From an uncultured Bdellovibrionales bacterium (lineage in GTDB: Bacteria; Patescibacteriota; Minisyncoccia; Moranbacterales; UBA1568): a stretch of 64,000 bases of DNA. The stretch is taken from contig CAZIBB010000001.1 of assembly GCA_964537075.1 (NCBI GenBank), positions 19,072-83,071 of the forward strand. The letters are read 5' to 3'. The notes under the pieces are model-generated. The model searched no databases. It had not been told where the DNA came from and was given only the letters and a program-made list of their open reading frames with translations. Position numbers and translations under genes: made by a program. This document shows, one piece after another, positions 57,802 through 64,000 of the stretch; position 1 is the stretch's first letter; the number at the start of each line of letters is the position of its first letter.

Positions 57802-58888
57802 ATTCTTCTATATTGGGGATGGCGAGGCCGATAGCGGTCGAGTATTGTACGGAATGGTTTCGATCGATCGGGGGGATATTGTCACCCATCCTGACATTCA
57901 CCCAGGGATCGCCGAGCGTCACCGTCTTTCCGAGTTTCCAGGTCAGATACGGGATGAGCCCTTTCATATTCGCTCCGCCACCGCAGAGCATGATGGAATC
58001 GACCCGTGATGAATACTGCAGATTCTCCAGATAAAATTCGATGGATCGCTCCATCTCGCTCGCCAGATTATCCAGAATAGGATGAGCCGCGCAAAAGACG
58101 GGATTCTCATCGGTAAAAGAGCCGATGCCTTGTGAAAGCTTTATCTTTTCGGCCTCTTCGAAAGAAATGTGCATTTCTTTCGAAATCGCATCGGTGATCG
58201 CTTGGGACGACAACGGAATACTCGACGTGAAGCAGGGAATATTTCCGAGACAGACGAAAAAGCTCGTCCGTCGATCCCCAATATCGACGATGATGGTTGT
58301 TTTCTGCAGGTCCTCCGTATTGGAAAGAAGGCTTCGCGCCTGCGCGACGGCCTCGGTCTCCATCCCCACCACCTCGAGTCCGGCACGCTCTACGACATCA
58401 TAAAACGTATCGACGACATTCCGCGCGACGGCCACCACCAGCACAAATGTCTTCTCTTTCGATCGATCATGAAACACCTCATCGGAAAGCACCTGCCAAT
58501 CATAATATACCTGTTCAAGAGCAAGCGGAATATTCGCTTCTATTTCCCATTTGATCGCCTCCTCGACTTCCGATTCGGGCATATGCGGCAACGCGATGAT
58601 ACGCAAAAACGCTTTCGTCTCAGGAAGAGAGCAGACAACTTTCTTCGTCTTGATTTTTCCCGGCTTCCCCTGCTCGGAAAGTTTCCGGATAGCCGCGATC
58701 ACCACCGCCTCATCCCGGATCTCGCCATCCATCACCGCGCCATTCGGAAATGATACCGAAGCATAAGACCGGAAGACATGCTTCCCACCTTCCTCTTCGA
58801 TCCATACCCCCTTCACCGACAAGTCGCTCAAATCGAGCCCGAACGGTCGTGGGAAGAAATTGATGATTTTTTTCTGGAATAACCCCAT
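57785..58888 (-). CDS. pilM: Type IV pilus assembly protein PilM (actin-like ATPase fold)
   Basis: GLDLSDLSVKGV...VVDIGDRRTSF...MLCGGGANMKGL. Confidence 0.8.
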   Translation of the reverse strand: MGLFQKKIINFFPRPFGLDLSDLSVKGVWIEEEGGKHVFRSYASVSFPNGAVMDGEIRDEAVVIAAIRKLSEQGKPGKIKTKKVVCSLPETKAFLRIIALPHMPESEVEEAIKWEIEANIPLALEQVYYDWQVLSDEVFHDRSKEKTFVLVVAVARNVVDTFYDVVERAGLEVVGMETEAVAQARSLLSNTEDLQKTTIIVDIGDRRTSFFVCLGNIPCFTSSIPLSSQAITDAISKEMHISFEEAEKIKLSQGIGSFTDENPVFCAAHPILDNLASEMERSIEFYLENLQYSSRVDSIMLCGGGANMKGLIPYLTWKLGKTVTLGDPWVNVRMGDNIPPIDRNHSVQYSTAIGLAIPNIEEYEYLA

Positions 58889-58935
58889 GTTTTTTATTTT
58901 CTTTTTCCTCTGACTATTTTACCACACATCATCAA

Positions 58936-60414
58936 TTATAACTCTTCCCAAAGATCGATCTTATACTGCGACCCTGTCGGAAAATATGGCGGTGGACAAT
59001 ACAAAAGATTGTTGTCATAATTTATCACGCGGTTTATATAGCCGGAAACATGATTCCCGGTGGCGATATCACTCCATGCAAATCCGTATCGCTGATTACT
59101 CGAAAGCGCTCCGAAGAGCGTGATAGTCGTTTTGATATTCGTACCGGATCCGCCCACATACTGCAGCCGACCGACTCGACCCCTCTGCGCTATGAGCGCC
59201 CCATCGATGTACAAATTATCATTGCTATTCTTATATATCTCTATGTCTTGCTGTCCGACAATCCCGATCATCTCATCGCAATTATAATTCGTATATCGGA
59301 TATCCCTCCCGATATACACGCTCTTATACGCGCTCGATTGGAGATTCGCCGCGACGACCGTAATTCGTTTATTATTGACCGTTCCTTCCAACCATACGTT
59401 GTTCTCGACGAAAATCGCCCCGTTGTTCACGATGGGATAATTCTGCACGCATGCTCCTGCACAAGTGGTGCATGATCCGTTACCGGAAACCCTGTCATAT
59501 TTGTCTATTTGATTGATGGAACCCGTGACACTTTGTACTCTGCAGACATCATATGTCCCATTTGTCTTGAGGATGATATGCCTCCCCTGTCCGGTTGCAT
59601 CGAAATATTTCCCTCTTCCCGCTTGCGCCTCGCTTTTCATGAGACTGAGATCTCCGAGTATGCCATTGAAATCCACCGGTGATACTGGAAAGGATCTCCC
59701 TGCCTCAAAGACATCCGTACGTTCGGGAACTGCGCTCGGTGGCGTCTCAGCAGGACGCACGGAAACCGTAATACCAGTCGCCGGCGGTACGTTCTTGTGC
59801 GTATGCACGCCGAACTCATTGACACCATTATGATCCGAATCATCATACACATCGACCGAACTTGTCACGAGATTATGCGCCAAACCATCAACCCGAATAC
59901 CATTATTGGAGTGCATCGGTCCGAAAATCTCCGTTCCTACTCCGATTCGCACCTTCTCATTGCTCATTATGGCGTTTTCACTCCATGACGGCTTCCGCAA
60001 ACGCACCTTGATCTTCCGTTTCAATTCCGAATTTGCAGTCGTCCATCCAGTTGATTCAACGGAAATAATCGTTTGACTCGGATCTGGCGGAATGACGACA
60101 ACCGAATATACTCCATTCGAAAAAGCCCCCTCATACGCATCATGTACACCGAGCGGATACGGGCTGGTGTTTGCCCAAAATGCCTGCACCTGACTCGCCG
60201 TCCGACCGTCAAGCTGATGTGCGAGATACCATTTATAAAAATGAACACCAGCTTCCGCTATCTGCAGCGCCTGTTCCTTGTCATCCTGCTTGAGACTGTA
60301 CTGCAACTGAGAGACGATAAAACCGACGATGGATGACAAAAGAATCATCACGATTGTCATGATAGTAAGCGCATACGCGATAGCAGAACCTCTCAATCGT
60401 TTCATAGAATTCAA
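58936..60414 (-). CDS. PilX-like large pilus-associated protein (PilX_N hydrophobic N-terminus plus beta-helix-like C-terminal domain)
   Basis: N-terminal RGSAIAYALTIMTIVMILL matches the PilX_N pattern; C-terminal repetitive N/G/V-rich strands; 492 aa. Confidence 0.5.
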   Translation of the reverse strand: MNSMKRLRGSAIAYALTIMTIVMILLSSIVGFIVSQLQYSLKQDDKEQALQIAEAGVHFYKWYLAHQLDGRTASQVQAFWANTSPYPLGVHDAYEGAFSNGVYSVVVIPPDPSQTIISVESTGWTTANSELKRKIKVRLRKPSWSENAIMSNEKVRIGVGTEIFGPMHSNNGIRVDGLAHNLVTSSVDVYDDSDHNGVNEFGVHTHKNVPPATGITVSVRPAETPPSAVPERTDVFEAGRSFPVSPVDFNGILGDLSLMKSEAQAGRGKYFDATGQGRHIILKTNGTYDVCRVQSVTGSINQIDKYDRVSGNGSCTTCAGACVQNYPIVNNGAIFVENNVWLEGTVNNKRITVVAANLQSSAYKSVYIGRDIRYTNYNCDEMIGIVGQQDIEIYKNSNDNLYIDGALIAQRGRVGRLQYVGGSGTNIKTTITLFGALSSNQRYGFAWSDIATGNHVSGYINRVINYDNNLLYCPPPYFPTGSQYKIDLWEEL

Positions 60415-61031
60415 TTATCATTCAAATTCCGAAGCTCAGCAAAAGACTCGATATTGATGAAGTCCGGAGCGTGGTTCGGATCGATATTTATCATCAAATG
60501 CACCTTAACCAATCGAACATTCGATATCGCTACCGGTGTGACGAGCGGGGTATCCGCAGGGTAATCAGCATTATAATAATAAAATATCGGATCACTCTCG
60601 GTATTGACGACTGAAGTGGAAATGATATCCGTCGTCTCGTCTCCGCTTGGATAGGTGACGGGCGTTCCCGACGTCGGATTCGTGATTCCACGATACAAGG
60701 TACTCCCCGAAAGATAATAGTGTACCCGCTCGGTTATATTGTCCCTATCGATATCCAGATATACCTTCAGATCAAAATCATCACCCGACTCCACCGGATA
60801 ATCACCATTGTCCGCCTGTCGCGTCCTGCGAATTTCCTTCACAACCTGATTGACACCGCGAGAGGCTATAAGCGAGGCATTCCCCATCTCGATGATAAAC
60901 TTATTGCTCTCCCAACTGCGAAGAAAAAGTATGGTCATCGCCTCCATACCGATAGTCACTATGGCGATGGCCATAATCATCTCTATGAGGGACATCCCTT
61001 TTTTTGTCTGTGTTCTCTTCATATCTTTCAA
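60411..61031 (-). CDS. Type IV pilin-like protein (prepilin-type N-terminal cleavage/methylation domain)
   Basis: KKGMSLIEMIMAIAIVTIG: class III signal with the G/xxLIE cleavage motif. Confidence 0.7.
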   Translation of the reverse strand: MKDMKRTQTKKGMSLIEMIMAIAIVTIGMEAMTILFLRSWESNKFIIEMGNASLIASRGVNQVVKEIRRTRQADNGDYPVESGDDFDLKVYLDIDRDNITERVHYYLSGSTLYRGITNPTSGTPVTYPSGDETTDIISTSVVNTESDPIFYYYNADYPADTPLVTPVAISNVRLVKVHLMINIDPNHAPDFINIESFAELRNLNDN

Positions 61032-62410
61032 CTTGCCGTCAACGCAAACGATTTTTCCCCAAGCGCGTTCCCCGGAAGAGCGATCGTCCCGGTTCCGGTT
61101 TCAAATCCCGTTGCGGTAATATTCACGTCATACGTTCCCGCCGCAAGCGGCGTGTTCAATACCGGAAAATACGCTTGACCATATGTGTCAGTGACTACCG
61201 TTTCATCATATCCGAGAGCGATGCTCTTCAATTGGACCGACGCACTGGCTATCGCCGGTCCACTCGCTCCATTCGTTACCTTAATCAAAGCGGAAGAGAC
61301 ATTTCTATTCGCGAGAATCATGGTTATTTCCGGCGTAGTATTCGGCAAAAGATGTATCGTTCCAAATGAAGGCTCTTCAGGTGTCAGTCGAAGAAATGAA
61401 TATCCCGTCTCACCCGTCCCGAGTGCGACCGTATATACTCCCGAACTTCGATTGTTCAAGGATCTTTCACCATCGCCATCGGTAGTAGTATCCTCCGCAT
61501 AGTCGTACTTTGTCGAGGTATCAGCGTTCGTTCCGATTATCAATCCGCCGGAAATCGTAAAATTTCTATTCGGTACACTCACAGCATACGGATCTTCCGT
61601 CCGAAAATTGATCGTCGACTTCCGATCTGATACCAATGTCGTCGTCGTCAGGCTTCCTGCGACTATCGATGTATGCGTATTCGCCGGATAGAATGTTGAG
61701 GTCGGATAAGGGTCATATGTCTGATTGCTATAATACCCGTTCTTATCGACTGAGATATGATATCCCTGCACCGATGCCACGGCCCCAGGAAATGTCCCAT
61801 TGCCATTCGCATCCGTATCAAATGTCATATCGACTGACGGAGAAACGGAAATGTTCGTCACGTGCACGGTGGCACCGGACACACCAATGCCCGCATCATT
61901 CAACACATTAACCGAAAGAATACCCGTTCCGGCGGCTACCGATTCGACACCGTCAAGGGAAAACAATGATACGGCAGACACCTTCTCTGAGTCGGTAGCA
62001 CCGCCCCAAAAAACCGTAATGGTCACTTTTTTATAATCATTCGGAGCAGCATCGGTTCCAAGCGCTGCGGATCCATCCGTTGAATCATCAACGTATTGAA
62101 CTACTGTTTTGACGGTATATGTCGTCGTATTCGCTGCTATTGTCTGATTCGGAATAATAATACCCGGAGGAATACCGGCTATCGTTCCGACTTCATCGAA
62201 TGCAAGTCCTCGAATGATTTCTATCTGCTGATTGGCGACAGCCGTCGCGCCGAGTCGGTTTTTCGCATTGATGATATGTTTCGTCCCGAGCGACCATGTC
62301 TGATAAAATGAAAGGGTAATAACGGAAAAAATAAACAGGAAGGCCAGTGCCTCAATCAATGTGAAGCCTTTCTTCGTCTTTCGTCTTTCGTCTTTCGTCT
62401 TTTGTATCAT
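61028..62410 (-). CDS. Large type IV pilin-like protein (460 aa) with C-terminal beta-sandwich repeats
   Basis: KKGFTLIEALAFLFIF: canonical prepilin N-terminus. The long T/S/G-rich extracellular part suggests Ig/CarD-like repeats. Confidence 0.65.
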   Translation of the reverse strand: MIQKTKDERRKTKKGFTLIEALAFLFIFSVITLSFYQTWSLGTKHIINAKNRLGATAVANQQIEIIRGLAFDEVGTIAGIPPGIIIPNQTIAANTTTYTVKTVVQYVDDSTDGSAALGTDAAPNDYKKVTITVFWGGATDSEKVSAVSLFSLDGVESVAAGTGILSVNVLNDAGIGVSGATVHVTNISVSPSVDMTFDTDANGNGTFPGAVASVQGYHISVDKNGYYSNQTYDPYPTSTFYPANTHTSIVAGSLTTTTLVSDRKSTINFRTEDPYAVSVPNRNFTISGGLIIGTNADTSTKYDYAEDTTTDGDGERSLNNRSSGVYTVALGTGETGYSFLRLTPEEPSFGTIHLLPNTTPEITMILANRNVSSALIKVTNGASGPAIASASVQLKSIALGYDETVVTDTYGQAYFPVLNTPLAAGTYDVNITATGFETGTGTIALPGNALGEKSFALTAS

Positions 62411-62563
62411 ATTTCTTCAAAAAACACAGTCTCCAAAGCACAGAAATCAAACAAAACACAGTATTTAAAAACACAAAACTCAAACCAAGAAAGAGAGAGT
62501 TTGTGCTTTTATTATTCTGCATTGTGTTTTGTTTGGCATTTTGTGTTTTCTATTTTGTGCTTT
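62411..62563. repeat. CA/TG inverted repeat, copy 3 (core TGTGTTTTGTTTGGCATTTTGTGTTTTCTATTTTGTGCTTTTT)
   Basis: Between the pilC stop and the pilin gene start; same conserved core as copies 1 and 2. Confidence 0.7.
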
Positions 62564-63784
62564 TTACTTGATATTCTCCAATACGGAGTACATCGGAGTG
62601 AGCATCGCCACTGCGAAAAATCCCACGCCGCTTCCGATGAACAGCATGAGAATCGGTTCCAGGATGGAAGACATGTTCTTCGTGATCTGATCCACCTCTC
62701 CCTCATAAAAATCCGCCAGCCGGGCAAGGACGGTCTCGGTTTTCCCTGTCTCTTCTCCTACTTCAATGATCTGTGGTACGAGAATCGGGAAAATTTTCGG
62801 ATAGCGCCGGATAACCACGCTCATTTCCACACCTTTCTGAATCTCATTGAGCGCCTCGGTCAACGCGTCACGGTAGTATACGTTCGAGAGCGTTTTCATC
62901 ACGATAGAAAGACCGTCCACCACCGATACGCCGGATCGGAGCAAAGAACTGTAAATGCGGGCGAAACGCGCGCAGTTCACCTTGATGATGATATTTCCAA
63001 TGATTGGCAGGGAGAGAAAAAGCCAATCGAACCAGCGCTTGCCGAACGGCTGGCTATAAAGAAATTTGATGCCTACGACGAGTCCGATACACAGGCCGAT
63101 GACGATGAAATAGTGTGCGATCAAAAAATCGGAGATTCCCATGATGAACAGGGTTGATTTCGGAAGCGCCACATCCATATCTTTGAACACGCCGGTAATC
63201 TTCGGCAAAATATAGGTAAGCATCAGAACGGCGATACCGATCATCGCTATAAAAATCACCGCCGGATATATCAGGGCGCCACGAACCTTGGATGTCAAAT
63301 CATTTTCCTTCTCCAGCTGGATAGCGAGGATTTCAAGCACTTCCTCGAGATTGCCGCTCACCTCACCCACATTGATCATGTTGACGAAGAGCTCGTTAAA
63401 CACCGTCGGAAACTTCGCCAACCCCTCCGAGAGGGTGAGACCCGCCTGCAGATCATCATGTACCGACACGAGAATCTTCCGGAAGGATTTATTATTCGTC
63501 TGTTCGCTCAAGTTCGATACCGCGCGGGAAATAGTGAGTCCCGAAGAGACCATCACCGCGAGGTTTCTCGTGAAAATCATTTTTTCCTTCAACGGGATGG
63601 AGACGAAGCGATCGAAAAATTTCACGCTTGCCTTTTTTTCATCCGGCTGAAGCGATTTCAACGAAGTGACCAGCCACCCTTCCGCCCGCAGATTTTTCGC
63701 CACGTCCTGGTCGCTTTTGGCCTCGATCTCACCACCGCGCGTCTCGCCGGTCGCAATATTTCTCGCCGTATAGATAAACTTCAT
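62564..63784 (-). CDS. pilC: Type IV pilus inner-membrane platform protein PilC (GspF family)
   Basis: Two T2SSF repeats (...LSEGLAKFPTVFNELFVNMINVGEVSGNL...); 406 aa. Confidence 0.9.
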   Translation of the reverse strand: MKFIYTARNIATGETRGGEIEAKSDQDVAKNLRAEGWLVTSLKSLQPDEKKASVKFFDRFVSIPLKEKMIFTRNLAVMVSSGLTISRAVSNLSEQTNNKSFRKILVSVHDDLQAGLTLSEGLAKFPTVFNELFVNMINVGEVSGNLEEVLEILAIQLEKENDLTSKVRGALIYPAVIFIAMIGIAVLMLTYILPKITGVFKDMDVALPKSTLFIMGISDFLIAHYFIVIGLCIGLVVGIKFLYSQPFGKRWFDWLFLSLPIIGNIIIKVNCARFARIYSSLLRSGVSVVDGLSIVMKTLSNVYYRDALTEALNEIQKGVEMSVVIRRYPKIFPILVPQIIEVGEETGKTETVLARLADFYEGEVDQITKNMSSILEPILMLFIGSGVGFFAVAMLTPMYSVLENIK

Positions 63785-63831
63785 ACACGTTCTTTATTTT
63801 TCTTTTTTTGGTACACGAAATTCCATAAGTA

Positions 63832-64000
63832 TCTCTCTCAAATCTCACCGCATGAGATAAAAAAACAAAGATTTCTCCTGCTTGTCGGCTAAAATTTCAT
63901 CATTTCGGCTGCAAATCTCGAAAATCTCGTCGGAATATCCAGATATTCCTCCCTGCCCGAAATGCTACGCATGCCGTTGCAGGCGGGCTCACTTTTCAAA
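63832..64000. mobile_element. MITE-like element, copy iv (TCTCTCTCAAATCTCA flavour), truncated by the window end
   Basis: Begins TCTCTCTCAAATCTCACCGCATGAGAT...CTGCTTGTCGGCT...GGCTGCAAATCTCGAAAATCTCGTCGG. Same core as copies i to iii. Confidence 0.7.

Overview
This is a gene-dense, roughly 47 % GC bacterial chromosomal segment. Almost every gene from 1 to about 52.3 kb lies on the minus strand, then there is a strand switch, and the type IV pilus genes at the end are again on the minus strand. The gene content is housekeeping and cell-envelope functions typical of a small-genome, possibly CPR/Patescibacteria-like, organism; that assignment is inference only. I can support these protein-coding features from sequence: a MacAB-type efflux operon (membrane fusion protein, ABC ATPase, small 4-TM transporter, two MacB/FtsX permeases); RNase HI, RecJ, a CheY-like response regulator, DnaJ, MltG, Pcm, YjbQ, thioredoxin, LepA, MurJ, a DUF4012-like envelope protein and a GT4 glycosyltransferase; GalU and the dTDP-rhamnose pathway (RmlA, RmlD, RmlB, RmlC); GlyA, a KH protein and a TerC-like protein; the division/cell-wall cluster mraZ-rsmH-ftsL-ftsI-murF; SulP, PepA, RarA, TsaC, Xth, MiaB-like, PilB, GroEL, YchF, PMM/PGM and RlmN; and a type IV pilus module (pilO, pilN, pilM, a PilX-like protein, two prepilin-type pilins, pilC). 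No rRNA, tRNA or CRISPR array is visible. The unusual content is almost entirely intergenic. (1) A tyrosine HUH transposase of the REP-associated (RAYT, IS200-like) type is inserted in the efflux operon and is flanked exactly by 32-40-nt perfect palindromes, with a third orphan copy elsewhere. (2) A roughly 182-bp MITE-like family has four copies, two terminal-inverted-repeat flavours and one shared core. (3) Two families of structured repeats carry compensatory (covarying) substitutions in their hairpins and are candidate ncRNAs (15.5 kb/27.4 kb and 38.3 kb/44.0 kb). (4) A GC-rich CCTGCCTGCC-N-GGCAGGCAGG palindrome family occurs three times, one copy inside a 122-bp mini-element with perfect 20-nt terminal inverted repeats between mraZ and rsmH. 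(5) CA/TG-rich long inverted repeats with a conserved 40-nt core sit upstream of three minus-strand genes. (6) A self-contained plus-strand unit at 26.84-27.35 kb has a consensus sigma70 promoter, a palindromic operator, two translationally coupled small hydrophobic ORFs and a terminator. (7) CIRCE operators precede dnaJ and groEL; groEL has no adjacent groES and is preceded instead by a VirB2/TrbC-like small protein. (8) An in-frame TAG separates two secreted thrombospondin-type-3-repeat ORFs at the window start.
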